From: a virus
Taxonomy: Duplodnaviria; Caudoviricetes
Reading direction: 5' to 3' (one strand)
DNA length: 64,000 nucleotides
Virus record (IMG/VR): IMGVR_UViG_3300021426_000005
Part shown: in pieces, positions 9,351 to 18,963 of the stretch
Layout: each line of letters opens with the position of its first letter
Numbering within the stretch: position 1 is the stretch's first letter
Program-made: the position numbers and the translations under genes
Notes under the pieces: generated by a model
What the model saw: the letters and a program-made list of their open reading frames with translations, nothing else
Databases searched by the model: none
Told to the model about the DNA's origin: nothing

Positions 9351-11096
9351 TTATTCGATTGGATCAAGAGCATCAGCAATTCCACTCATGATATAAGCTA
9401 CACATGGTACCGCTACCGAATTTCCTAATGCTTTATATCTTGAAGCATCGGATTCAGGATAGGTCCAATTGTCAGGAAAACCCTGGAGCCTTTCGCATTC
9501 CACAGGCGTCAACCTCCGGACAATCGAATTTGATTTATATACTATCTTGGGGTCTTTATAATCCCTTGCAAGTAAGGTAGGTACAACTTCTTCATCACAA
9601 CCCATGAAATGCCCTGTAGTTGCGCAGAGTGCCGGCTGCTCCATTACCAACGGAACATTACCTCCACCAGTACCCATTCTCGCAGATAACGTCTGACATA
9701 TTCCGTCATCGGAAATCTTTACCCTACTGTCTGCTGGATGATTTTCAATTAATACACCCATTCTCTGATTAGCCACTAAAGTAGGTGATAATTCTTCATT
9801 GTATGGTAAACATGGCACTCCTGGACCGGCTTGATAAGCAAAAGCTGCTGAGGATTTTTCAGTTTGATCTTTTACGGAATAAGCAACCGCAGGTCTATCT
9901 ATAGTAGTCAATGTATAAGATACATCTTCTTTCCAACCTTTACCATTGCAACTAGCGGTATCAGCTCTGTCAACGCAATTTCCTTGTATACAGTACACCG
10001 GTTCCTGAACTACCACATTTCCGCCTTGATTGCAAGTAGGATCTGTTCCTGTGGTATCAAGGGTCTTAGCTACATCTGCTTTGTAGAAGCCACTATTAGG
10101 ATTACCGGACTTCATAGAGTTCGATCCCATAGAACATATACCATAGACTTCCGATGCTTCTGATTGACTATCTACCAGCACAGACATCTGATTATCGCCC
10201 ATCTGTGCTCTTAATGTACCGGAAAGCTCAGGCCATAGCCTTGAACCCTTTAGTCTTGAGGAAGCTCCTGGTTCAAATCCGTAGGTTGTTGTTTCTGCGA
10301 CATCAGATGTGCTTGCCTTTCCAATGCTACTTTCAGCCTTTCCGGAAGCTCTTTTCCACGGGATTTCGCCCTGCGGAGTATGCCTTCGCAGGCTTTCTGG
10401 CTTAAATAATACCTCTCTTGCACGTTGTCCTCCAAGATCTGTGACAAGGAAGATTCTACGTCTGCGCTGGGGGACTCCCCAATATTCAGCATCGAGAGTC
10501 CTCCAAGCAAGGGATCCGGACTTTCCCAACAACTCCCCCGCTTTTGTCCACTGCTTAGGTCTAAACGTAGGAAGTTCTTCTCCAAATAGTCCAGCGAATT
10601 CTCGCAGGACGCAGTAGAAGTCGTCTCCATTGTTTGAGCTAAGACTCCCGAATACATTTTCCCAGATAATAAATTTCGGATACTCGCCATTAGTTGCTTC
10701 CCTCATTTCTTTAATAATTCTGATCTGTTCTACAAATAGACCGCTTCGTGTTAGTTCCAATTCTGCTCCACACTCAGGGCAGGTAAAAACGTCAGAATTT
10801 GCAAGAATTGAAAATCCGCAGTCTTGGCAAATTCGTGAAATTCCGGCCTGCTTTCCGGCGATAGACAATGACTGACAGGGCGACCCTCCAGAAATTATAT
10901 CAACCGGATCAATTTTACCACCATCGATCTTCGTAATATCCCCAATATGCTTCATATTCGGGAAATGCCGTTTTGTGATGCGTATCGGAGCTTCTTCAAT
11001 CTCAGAAGCCCATACTGGTTCAATACCGTACATCTGAGCTGCAAGTTCAAATCCACCGATACCAGAAAACAAACTTCCTAATGTCAGCTTAGGCAT
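9351..11096 (-). CDS. DNA cytosine-C5 methyltransferase (alpha chain, long TRD region)
   Basis: LFSGIGG, GSPCQ, WENV, PQRRRR, RLTPVECERLQGFP, GNSVAVP. Confidence 0.95.
   Translation of the reverse strand: MPKLTLGSLFSGIGGFELAAQMYGIEPVWASEIEEAPIRITKRHFPNMKHIGDITKIDGGKIDPVDIISGGSPCQSLSIAGKQAGISRICQDCGFSILANSDVFTCPECGAELELTRSGLFVEQIRIIKEMREATNGEYPKFIIWENVFGSLSSNNGDDFYCVLREFAGLFGEELPTFRPKQWTKAGELLGKSGSLAWRTLDAEYWGVPQRRRRIFLVTDLGGQRAREVLFKPESLRRHTPQGEIPWKRASGKAESSIGKASTSDVAETTTYGFEPGASSRLKGSRLWPELSGTLRAQMGDNQMSVLVDSQSEASEVYGICSMGSNSMKSGNPNSGFYKADVAKTLDTTGTDPTCNQGGNVVVQEPVYCIQGNCVDRADTASCNGKGWKEDVSYTLTTIDRPAVAYSVKDQTEKSSAAFAYQAGPGVPCLPYNEELSPTLVANQRMGVLIENHPADSRVKISDDGICQTLSARMGTGGGNVPLVMEQPALCATTGHFMGCDEEVVPTLLARDYKDPKIVYKSNSIVRRLTPVECERLQGFPDNWTYPESDASRYKALGNSVAVPCVAYIMSGIADALDPIE
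10250..10690 (-). CDS. probable small (beta) subunit of the C5 methyltransferase, nested in an alternative frame
   Basis: SLSQILE...YYLSQKACEGILRRAKSRGKELPERLKVAL; GGAG upstream of the start. Confidence 0.7.
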   Translation of the reverse strand: MASIRNLLSGKMYSGVLAQTMETTSTASCENSLDYLEKNFLRLDLSSGQKRGSCWESPDPLLGGLSMLNIGESPSADVESSLSQILEDNVQERYYLSQKACEGILRRAKSRGKELPERLKVALERQAHLMSQKQQPTDLNQELPQD

Positions 11097-11220
11097 TATG
11101 TATTATCCTCCATTATAAATAGTATATATAGATATATAAGGTCTGTTGTCTTTATACACTATCTATAACGATTGCAAAGAATAAAACTCACAAGGTTCAA
11201 TTGGCCTTATGGGTTAAGTA

Positions 11221-11601
11221 TCAGTCAGGTTTCCAGCCATCATCCAGATAGCATTTATAATGTTGGCTGTTATCATATCGAACGGTTGGGACTTCCCTAA
11301 GCCCAAATTCAACCTTTATATCCGAGATCAAGTCATCCGGAACATTGGGATTCATGTATACTATAGGTTTCCCTTTGTTTGAAAAGTCTACACGACCTCT
11401 GGGGTAGTAATTATACGGCTTATTGCACCCCTTTGGTTTTACGTCCTGCCAGAGCTTCTTGTGATTATAGGTATTGCCAGATTTTGCTACACCTTGAGTA
11501 TCATAATCAATAAACGGAAATGCTAATAATTCATCATCTATGACCCAGAACACACCCCTAGTTGGTTCTTTCGCCATTGATTTTATATATAGCTTCATCA
11601 T
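11221..11601 (-). CDS. conserved phage protein (YYPRGRV) with MKLYIKS tag
   Basis: ORF coupled to the upstream ATPase. Confidence 0.7.
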   Translation of the reverse strand: MMKLYIKSMAKEPTRGVFWVIDDELLAFPFIDYDTQGVAKSGNTYNHKKLWQDVKPKGCNKPYNYYPRGRVDFSNKGKPIVYMNPNVPDDLISDIKVEFGLREVPTVRYDNSQHYKCYLDDGWKPD

Positions 11602-12221
11602 TCATCAATCCTTTCCACATAGTCAAAGAATGCAGACAGCCATTCCGGTGGAGTTGATGTTGTCTGATCCATAGTATTAGAAATACGATTATACACAGCT
11701 ACAAGTTGATACCCGTTGCTGCTATCATAGAATTTTGCCGTATCACAGTAGTCTAAAATTTTACTTAATTGTTCAAATCTATGATTATATCTACGGATAA
11801 TCGTTTCACTTGGTATGTCGTGACCGCCATGCTTCACTCGGTTGGCTACCCTATCGATGCTATCCTGTGCGGAATTCAGACCGATATATATTAGGTTTAT
11901 CGTATACCCATGTTCCTTAGCTTTCTTAGCAGTAGCTATAATGTGCTTACCAGAAAGCGTAGTTTCTTCTGTAAATGCAAATCCATTTTCTATGCAATAT
12001 TCAATATCCTTTAATGCTTCTTTACCACCTTTGATATTGCCACCATACTTTATCGCATAGTCATCAGGATCTATAATTACACCGTATGATTCACTAGTTG
12101 TGCGCAAGATACCCATTGCTGAACTCTTTCCAACACCGTTTACGCCAGCAAGTATGGTGAATACCTTTTTCTTGACCTTAGTATCAACCACACTTATTAT
12201 TCTTCTGATATACCGCTTCAT
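11598..12221 (-). CDS. zeta-toxin-like P-loop ATPase/kinase with MKRYIR tag
   Basis: AGVNGVGKSS, DPDD, ETTLSG, RVANRVKHGGHDIP. Confidence 0.8.
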   Translation of the reverse strand: MKRYIRRIISVVDTKVKKKVFTILAGVNGVGKSSAMGILRTTSESYGVIIDPDDYAIKYGGNIKGGKEALKDIEYCIENGFAFTEETTLSGKHIIATAKKAKEHGYTINLIYIGLNSAQDSIDRVANRVKHGGHDIPSETIIRRYNHRFEQLSKILDYCDTAKFYDSSNGYQLVAVYNRISNTMDQTTSTPPEWLSAFFDYVERIDE

Positions 12222-12241
12222 AACATCAGCCCCTTTATTGC

Positions 12242-12269
12242 ATTATATCGGTTTTATTCAATATGTCAA
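12242..12269 (-). promoter_or_regulatory. SigA-type promoter
   Basis: TTGACA-16 nt-TATAAT upstream of the ATPase. Confidence 0.6.
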
Positions 12270-12389
12270 GCACTTATTTCATATACTACGGCTGCATCCT
12301 GAATACAGTAATTCATTACTTGTAAAGCTGAAATATACCAGCCTAAAAGGAATCTGTATTTACTGAGCTTCATCAGGCTTTTCCTCCTA

Positions 12390-12854
12390 TTAGCTAACAA
12401 TATCATATGTGGCTACTTTATCCGAAGCATTGTAGTGCATTTCGCAGTACAAATCTTTTGCGTTTAGTAGCTTATCAATGAAGCGCTTAACGGATTGTGC
12501 CTGAGATTTCGTGATTTCCTTAAGTGTGGGACAGTAAGGGGATGCAACTTCGGAAACCCTATTCCCTTCTGCATCAAAACCAAAATCCGACAAAATAGAT
12601 CTTGCAGCTTCTATTTTGTCAAATGTATTCGTATCGGCAGAAGGTTCATCATAAAGTCTTGTGTACTTATCATAGGACATTACAACTACACGGTCATCCG
12701 CAAACACACGGAATGAGTTTATAAGCTCTTTTACTTCTGCTTCTGTTATTTTAGTCTTGTTGTAAATTACCGCCATACAGTGATCCACACCATTGTCGGT
12801 AACAGTGAACTCTATCATTTGCAAGTTCTTCGCTGTAATCCGTCTATTTTCCAT
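12390..12854 (-). CDS. hypothetical protein
   Basis: GAGGAGG RBS. Confidence 0.65.
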   Translation of the reverse strand: MENRRITAKNLQMIEFTVTDNGVDHCMAVIYNKTKITEAEVKELINSFRVFADDRVVVMSYDKYTRLYDEPSADTNTFDKIEAARSILSDFGFDAEGNRVSEVASPYCPTLKEITKSQAQSVKRFIDKLLNAKDLYCEMHYNASDKVATYDIVS

Positions 12855-12866
12855 TGATATACCTCC

Positions 12867-13928
12867 TCAATTTTCTATTATATTTACAACCGCAGGTGCA
12901 TCTTCATCAGATTTAGTATTGATGAACATAGGTGCTACCCACTTAACTACTAACTTACGCTCAGGTGTATCACGCTTACCAGTCCAATAGTGGTGGAAGT
13001 GTGCTCTCCTGGTGTGCGGTCTCTTCCTTGAATGCTTAGTAATTGTTCGGGATCCGCCGGAATGTTCGGTGTTGCTGTTCTGACGAATGATTTGGCCAAC
13101 TCTATACCCTACGTCCCATTTTTGAATAGAACTGAGCTTATCCTTACGAACATTAGCTTTCTTGTATATTTTCTTCTGCTCTGGGTTTTCTACCACATCA
13201 CTATTGATAGCGCAGAGATAAAGAAGTATCTGCACAGCAGTATTCAGGTGCATACCTACATGAGTATCGACTTCTGCAATATAGGCTTCGGCTTCATCAG
13301 GTTTAAGCCTATCCTTTTGAGAGAATACTGCTTCACGGAATAGTTTTGTGTAACCTTCTCTGGATTCTTTTATAGTCAAACCTGGTGTCATCGAAATAGG
13401 AAATCCAAGCACGTTTCCATTTTTCATCACAAACATGATATGAAGTGAATTGAGGAATTCAGTGCTTACGGTAGAAACGTTTTCACCCTTATCAAAGATT
13501 TGAACGTTTCTGGAACAGAAGAATCCTTCGCAGCCTGATGAATAATCATGGATATCTACATAGAATGAATCATAAGGGAGATTTCTAAGGGATTCGATTT
13601 CAACGTCATCACACTCAGACAAAGTGAGTTCTTCTATCAGTGTAGGATCAAATGTGTAGATCTGAGAATATCTTCTCCATGCCGCTAAGTGAAACAAATC
13701 CTCTACGTTTATCCCCTTGGTGTGAAGATTGAGCTTGCTACTAAGTTCAACATAAGCAGTCAGCGGAAGATAACAGCAACTATCCCAAGTCATACCAGAT
13801 TGCATCATGACATCACGGAACATATCTACCATTTCAAATACATCACCGTATCCGGTATCTATCTTGCGAATTTCCTTGATACGCTGTAGCGGTAAAGGCT
13901 CTGCTATAGTTCTTTTCCTTTTAGCCAT
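12867..13928 (-). CDS. AcrVA2/FinQ-like protein
   Basis: WRRYSQIYTFDP, LPYDSFYVD, ILLYLCAIN, WDVGYRVG, RPHTRRAHFHHYWTG...KWVAPMFIN; start moved to MAKRKR. Confidence 0.65.
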   Translation of the reverse strand: MAKRKRTIAEPLPLQRIKEIRKIDTGYGDVFEMVDMFRDVMMQSGMTWDSCCYLPLTAYVELSSKLNLHTKGINVEDLFHLAAWRRYSQIYTFDPTLIEELTLSECDDVEIESLRNLPYDSFYVDIHDYSSGCEGFFCSRNVQIFDKGENVSTVSTEFLNSLHIMFVMKNGNVLGFPISMTPGLTIKESREGYTKLFREAVFSQKDRLKPDEAEAYIAEVDTHVGMHLNTAVQILLYLCAINSDVVENPEQKKIYKKANVRKDKLSSIQKWDVGYRVGQIIRQNSNTEHSGGSRTITKHSRKRPHTRRAHFHHYWTGKRDTPERKLVVKWVAPMFINTKSDEDAPAVVNIIEN

Positions 13929-13976
13929 AATATCATCTCCTATATATGACAACGATTTGTGGTTTTCACTATCCTA

Positions 13977-14005
13977 ATTATATCATACCGTACATATATT
14001 TTCAA
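13977..14005 (-). promoter_or_regulatory. SigA-type promoter
   Basis: TTGAAA-17 nt-TATAAT with TG. Confidence 0.7.
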
Positions 14006-14055
14006 TTAGTAAGTTGCACAAAGTTACAATATCGTAATTGTGTATATAGTACATA

Positions 14056-14084
14056 TTGACAATTACGGCATTATATGTTAAAAT
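14056..14084 (+). promoter_or_regulatory. SigA-type promoter
   Basis: TTGACA-17 nt-TAAAAT with TG. Confidence 0.7.
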
Positions 14085-14126
14085 AAGATAGCATCGTTAT
14101 ATGTTTATGAAAGGGGCTGATAACTT

Positions 14127-14513
14127 ATGATCAAAGATCTCATATGCCAACGTTGCGGAGCTACATACCAGGGCGATCCCAGAAGCCGGTATTGCTCTTA
14201 CTGCAAAGGACATCGACCTCCGTCAGTTCATATTGGAGATACAAAGGTATGCCCGAACTGTGGCAAATCATTTGAACTCACAAAGAACGGACAAAAATAT
14301 TGTCCTGATTGCGGACCGTTAATAGCTAAGAAGAAGAAAATTGCAGCAAACTATCGGTACGGAAAGAAGACTTATGCACGAATGGAACTTCGTGTTCTGA
14401 AGAATGACAAACAACGTATTGTAGACCATGCGACTAATATGGGCGAATCTGTTAATCAGTTTGTGCTAAGAGCTGTAGAGAATCAGATCAAAACCGATAA
14501 AGGATCAGAATAA
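14127..14513 (+). CDS. zinc-ribbon plus ribbon-helix-helix regulator
   Basis: Four CxxC pairs; C-terminal MELRV...HATNMGESVNQFVLRAV, Arc-like RHH. Confidence 0.7.
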   Translation: MIKDLICQRCGATYQGDPRSRYCSYCKGHRPPSVHIGDTKVCPNCGKSFELTKNGQKYCPDCGPLIAKKKKIAANYRYGKKTYARMELRVLKNDKQRIVDHATNMGESVNQFVLRAVENQIKTDKGSE

Positions 14514-14517
14514 CAAG

Positions 14518-14542
14518 AAGCTCCGGATATACTCCGGAGCTT
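14518..14542. terminator. hairpin terminator
   Basis: AAGCTCCGGA-TATAC-TCCGGAGCTT followed by T-rich tract. Confidence 0.75.
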
Positions 14543-14547
14543 TTATT

Positions 14548-15834
14548 TTAGAATAATTTTCTGCTTTGGGATCTGATATACTCAGCGACCCTACGCTTGC
14601 CTATATCTACATAAGGTTCTGATTCTGAATTCATCAGTTCCATGTCAATGTAGGAAAGCTGATAGTCTTCTTCCCTATTCAGCTTTTCGCAGGCTACTGC
14701 ATGGGTACATGATCCAGCGGTTATGTCGATAGTCATACCATGCTTCGGTGTAAGTAGCTTTATTAGCCACATTATCAGCTTTACTGGCTTTATGGTCACA
14801 TGGGGATTTGCAGTACCATCTTTCAATATCTTTTCATCATTAGCTGGCTTAGGGCAGTATTTGAACACCGGGAACATTCTGCTTCCACCACCAATATCCC
14901 CACAGCCACCGTGATTGCATATATCAACTTCAGAACTTGGATTATACTGGCTATAACACCGTTTACCCATATTACCAAGGCTGTTTAATCCTGATCCTCC
15001 GGTAGATCTAGTTACACCAGTTTCAGCATCAATAGCTTCGCACATATCATCGGAGATAAGTACATTAGGAGGAAATCTCCCGGCTTCATTAGCGGGCATA
15101 GCTTTATCTTCTGCAAAGCCACCATATATGTGACCTTCCTTTTGACTATAGTTGTTAGTAGGATTCTTAGATGCTTTAGCATTTATCATATCAATATCTT
15201 CCTTTGATATGGGAACTCTGCAAGCATCTATGTTCATAGCTCCGCAACCGTGCTGCCTTATGTTATCGGTATAGGTACCGTCTAAAGGCTTCTGGAATAC
15301 AGCTATCGGTTCATGAGCTGGTTTCAGGCCGGATGTTTTCCAACCATTCCAGATCTCAGCAAGTTCAGGGTCATCTTGTTTATCGAATAGCTTGCCTATA
15401 TCCTGGGACTTTGGCATTCCAGATAAGAAGATCCAGTCAATTTCCTCTACGACCTTAAACCCAGCATCTTCAAAAGCACACTTCATACGATGATTTGTCT
15501 TAGGATGTCCGAATATAGCAACATAGCCACCGGGCTTTATCTTTGATATAAGGATCTCAGCCCTATCATAGCACCAATTATAAAAGGACAATCCGTCCGA
15601 ATGGGTATTAGCATAGAATGCCGGTCTGCGCTTTCCAGAATATCCAGTACCAGGAAACTGACCATGTATACCTTCGCCAGTATTCCAGTGTTTAGAAGAA
15701 TCCCAGTTCTTACCCATGAATTCGATTGCATAAGGAAAATCAGATATGCAACTATCTACAGAGTTATCGGATAATGTTCGTAATAGTTCTATGTTGTCTC
15801 CGTGTAAGATCTTACCGGTCATGTCACACCTCAA
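14548..15834 (-). CDS. DNA N6A/N4C methyltransferase (beta class)
   Basis: SDFPY, LKPAHEPI, GRFPPN, HVTIKP, DITAGS. Confidence 0.85.
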   Translation of the reverse strand: MRCDMTGKILHGDNIELLRTLSDNSVDSCISDFPYAIEFMGKNWDSSKHWNTGEGIHGQFPGTGYSGKRRPAFYANTHSDGLSFYNWCYDRAEILISKIKPGGYVAIFGHPKTNHRMKCAFEDAGFKVVEEIDWIFLSGMPKSQDIGKLFDKQDDPELAEIWNGWKTSGLKPAHEPIAVFQKPLDGTYTDNIRQHGCGAMNIDACRVPISKEDIDMINAKASKNPTNNYSQKEGHIYGGFAEDKAMPANEAGRFPPNVLISDDMCEAIDAETGVTRSTGGSGLNSLGNMGKRCYSQYNPSSEVDICNHGGCGDIGGGSRMFPVFKYCPKPANDEKILKDGTANPHVTIKPVKLIMWLIKLLTPKHGMTIDITAGSCTHAVACEKLNREEDYQLSYIDMELMNSESEPYVDIGKRRVAEYIRSQSRKLF

Positions 15835-16616
15835 AATAATTTATTTGTTTTCATATCAACTACATCTGTAGTTGTTACTTCTGAAAGAACTTCATCGGAT
15901 TCGATTCTTTCTTTCGCTATATGGAAGTAGTTTTCGTCTAATTCAATTCCTACGAAATTTCTTCCAAGGGCTTTAGCTGCTACACCGGTGGATCCGCTTC
16001 CCATACAATTGTCAAGCACTGTATCCGCTTCATTGGTAAATGTACGAATAAGATTTTCTAGCAATGCGATAGGCTTTTGTGTAGGATGAAGGTTATTGTT
16101 CAAACAATCCCTTTGATACTTCCATACTTGTGTTGGGTATCGCCAACCGGTATCCTTATATTCTCGCACTTTCTTTGCTTGACTATCAGTAAGTCTACCT
16201 AGACGACCGTCCTTGACTTTATTTGTTACAGATTTACCTTCATGTTTCATCATCTGCGGGTTATATGTAGGTTGTTTATCATAGAATATGCTAATTGTTT
16301 CCACGGTTTTACCAACACGCTTTTTTACCTGATGAATATTTGTAAGGCGTTCTTTTTCCCAATAAATATCGTATTTATACCAATTGAGGTTGCTCAGTCG
16401 AAGATAGCTACTAAATGGCTCTTGTCCAAACAAAGCAATGGTGCCGTTGGGTTTTATAATACGCTTATATTGATCCCATAGCTTATCAAATGGAATCACA
16501 ATATCCCAAGCACAAGCTGTTGTGCCATAAGGCAGGTCACACAATATCATATCTATGCTCTTATCGGGTATCTGCTTCATTATTTCCAGACAATCTCCCT
16601 GATACAATTCAACCAC
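15831..16616 (-). CDS. DNA N6A/N4C methyltransferase (beta class)
   Basis: DLPYG, HPTQKP, VLDNCMGSGSTG. Confidence 0.92.
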   Translation of the reverse strand: MVELYQGDCLEIMKQIPDKSIDMILCDLPYGTTACAWDIVIPFDKLWDQYKRIIKPNGTIALFGQEPFSSYLRLSNLNWYKYDIYWEKERLTNIHQVKKRVGKTVETISIFYDKQPTYNPQMMKHEGKSVTNKVKDGRLGRLTDSQAKKVREYKDTGWRYPTQVWKYQRDCLNNNLHPTQKPIALLENLIRTFTNEADTVLDNCMGSGSTGVAAKALGRNFVGIELDENYFHIAKERIESDEVLSEVTTTDVVDMKTNKLF

Positions 16617-16630
16617 CGTAAATTCTCCTA

Positions 16631-17551
16631 CTAAAACAATGTATTAACCTTCTTAGGCTTGCTTAGAATATATTCTGGTGTATAATTAGCCACCAAAATC
16701 TCTTCGGCATGGCTATTTCCTTTACCACAGGCTGAATATGTGTGGTTGGTAAACCAGTTTACATGATATGAATTATTAGATATCCATTTAGCCAAAGTGT
16801 CATTGTACTTCCCCTTATTGTTTAATACAGAGGATAGTGCCCAACGGATACCCTTAGCAGACATAGCATCCAGCAAGTCGTACAAATCTAATTCATCTTC
16901 TATAGACCAGCCCTTACGACCGTCCCTATTTTCATTGTATGTCGCAGTAGTTCCAGCATATGGTGGGTCACAATAATAGAAGGCATCAGAATTAGCATCT
17001 GATAGTATATTTCTAAAATCCAGACAAGTGTACTCAACCGAATCTTGTTTGAAAAAGCTACAGCCATTTTCCACCCCAAGTATTCGATTAGAACTGAAGT
17101 AATCTGCCCCAAGTGGCATATTGAATTCACCATCAGAATTAAATCGTATCATTTGAGAGAAGGAAAATATTGACAATGTGAATAATTCAATAGGGAGTTT
17201 GGATTTGTTATATGAATTTCGCAGCTTTTCATATCCAGATTTATGTTGATCTCTAATATCTTTCATGACAGAATGTCTCTCTGTAAGTGGCAAATCATAC
17301 TTTTTGATTAAATCATTTACTTGGCAAATTATATCTTCGGAAGAATGATTTTTGAAAAGCGAGTATAAGGAAATGATGTGATCATCAATATCATTCAATT
17401 GATACGAATTCGCTTGAACATTCATAGCCACGCATCCGCTTCCACTAAAGACATCAACAAATCTGTTTATATCTTTTGGAAACATTCTAATCAACCCTGA
17501 CTTAACAAGTCTAGTCTTACCGCCCATATAAACTATAGGTGATGTAATCAT
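16631..17551 (-). CDS. Dam-like (D12 class) adenine methyltransferase
   Basis: YMGGK, DVFSGSG, RFN..G.FN.P.G, DPPY. Confidence 0.92.
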   Translation of the reverse strand: MITSPIVYMGGKTRLVKSGLIRMFPKDINRFVDVFSGSGCVAMNVQANSYQLNDIDDHIISLYSLFKNHSSEDIICQVNDLIKKYDLPLTERHSVMKDIRDQHKSGYEKLRNSYNKSKLPIELFTLSIFSFSQMIRFNSDGEFNMPLGADYFSSNRILGVENGCSFFKQDSVEYTCLDFRNILSDANSDAFYYCDPPYAGTTATYNENRDGRKGWSIEDELDLYDLLDAMSAKGIRWALSSVLNNKGKYNDTLAKWISNNSYHVNWFTNHTYSACGKGNSHAEEILVANYTPEYILSKPKKVNTLF

Positions 17552-17778
17552 TATTTCACCTCAAATACAAGTGGATCTGCAAAAAAATCTGATATAACTA
17601 TATCATCAATCGGATTAAGTGTGGTCTCCATAGCTTTCAGGATATTTTTCTTAGGAATATCCGGAGGTATAATTTTAGTACGAGCTTCAAGTCTCTCAGA
17701 TACTTGCTGGAGTTCTTCATGAATAGCCTGTTTTAGTTCGTCTAAAGACATATTATTGAGTTCTTCTTCGGTATACAT
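17551..17778 (-). CDS. hypothetical protein
   Basis: Coupled ORF. Confidence 0.55.
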   Translation of the reverse strand: MYTEEELNNMSLDELKQAIHEELQQVSERLEARTKIIPPDIPKKNILKAMETTLNPIDDIVISDFFADPLVFEVK

Positions 17779-17779
17779 A

Positions 17780-18103
17780 TTATCCTCCTTTACGATATTC
17801 CAGTAGTCTCATAGCTATATCCATAATATTAGGCTGCATATAAGCAGACCTAAGATTCTGTCCCGTACTGTGGTCGAAATTTTTGAATATATCTGCAAAT
17901 TCAACCTTTGAAGCAAGCTCAGGATGCTCTGCTTGCAGCTTTTCTAATTCCAAAGCCCATTTAGACCACTGGTCATCGGATATGATGTTCTGGTTCAGTT
18001 CATAGTAGATATAGCTGTGAACTAACAGCTGTCTTCTTCTGCGCTTTATCAAACCAGATATATCCGGCTTTGGCTTTAGTGAAAACAGAGCATTAGCTTT
18101 CAT
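17780..18103 (-). CDS. stand-alone protein resembling the N-terminal (Ia) subdomain of NAD-dependent DNA ligase
   Basis: HSYIYYELNQNIISDDQW...EL.KLQAEHPE. Confidence 0.65.
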   Translation of the reverse strand: MKANALFSLKPKPDISGLIKRRRRQLLVHSYIYYELNQNIISDDQWSKWALELEKLQAEHPELASKVEFADIFKNFDHSTGQNLRSAYMQPNIMDIAMRLLEYRKGG

Positions 18104-18290
18104 CAGAATATTCCTCCGGTAGTTCTACTAGTGGACAATAATCTGGCCTTTCGTATCTAAGATCCTTTTGAGTGATGTCTAAAGCATCATCTGTTCCAGC
18201 GCAGAAATATTCATGCTCACTATAGTCATAACACAGTGGACACCATGCACAAGACTTAGGCATATCAAGCCCTTTAATGATTACACTCAT
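18093..18290 (-). CDS. small Cys-rich phage protein
   Basis: MPKSCAWCPLC...RPDYCPL. Confidence 0.6.
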   Translation of the reverse strand: MSVIIKGLDMPKSCAWCPLCYDYSEHEYFCAGTDDALDITQKDLRYERPDYCPLVELPEEYSDES

Positions 18291-18291
18291 A

Positions 18292-18960
18292 TTATAACCA
18301 CCTAATTATAGTATCTCCAGTATATCCCTTTTCCCACACAAACCAGGCAAAGCACATTGTTGAAGACCAAGGCTTTCCGTTCGGGGCTACTGCTTCACCG
18401 TTAGGAAGTGGTGCAACACGTTTGCTGAACACATAAACAAAGTGTGGTGGATTATACTTAAACATTTCTTTACGTTCAGCGGTTTCAAGTAATTGTATTC
18501 TAGCAAATATTATAACGTAGTGATTCGCTATAGATAATGCCTTCTCAATAAATGCCTGAGCTAATGCGAATGGTGGGTTGGTGATTATGGAATCTATCGG
18601 CTCTTTTGACTCATATTCCAAAAAATCAACACCACCATTCACCTCGATACCCAGCCTGCTTTCTCTACAGATCAGATCATTTGCAATGATTTTGTTATTC
18701 GGGTAATACTTCCTAAGTACCTGAACTATATGCCCTTCCCCAGCAGCAGGCTCTAAAATGGTGTCAAATCCCAAAGATATTCGGCTTAAAATAGCTTCGG
18801 TTGCATTGAACGGTGTTGCATAATAGTCATGACTTACCCGACCCCTTGCTGGATCACTACCTACTAGTTTAGCACCAGACAGCACTTTACGATCTTCGCT
18901 TTTGACATCATCAGTTGAACTATATTCAGTATGAAATAGCTTATTTAACATCATAGTCAC
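18292..18960 (-). CDS. DNA adenine methyltransferase (NPPF type)
   Basis: DYYATP, LEPAAGEG, ITNPPF, FAWFVW. Confidence 0.88.
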   Translation of the reverse strand: MTMMLNKLFHTEYSSTDDVKSEDRKVLSGAKLVGSDPARGRVSHDYYATPFNATEAILSRISLGFDTILEPAAGEGHIVQVLRKYYPNNKIIANDLICRESRLGIEVNGGVDFLEYESKEPIDSIITNPPFALAQAFIEKALSIANHYVIIFARIQLLETAERKEMFKYNPPHFVYVFSKRVAPLPNGEAVAPNGKPWSSTMCFAWFVWEKGYTGDTIIRWL

Positions 18961-18963
18961 CTC

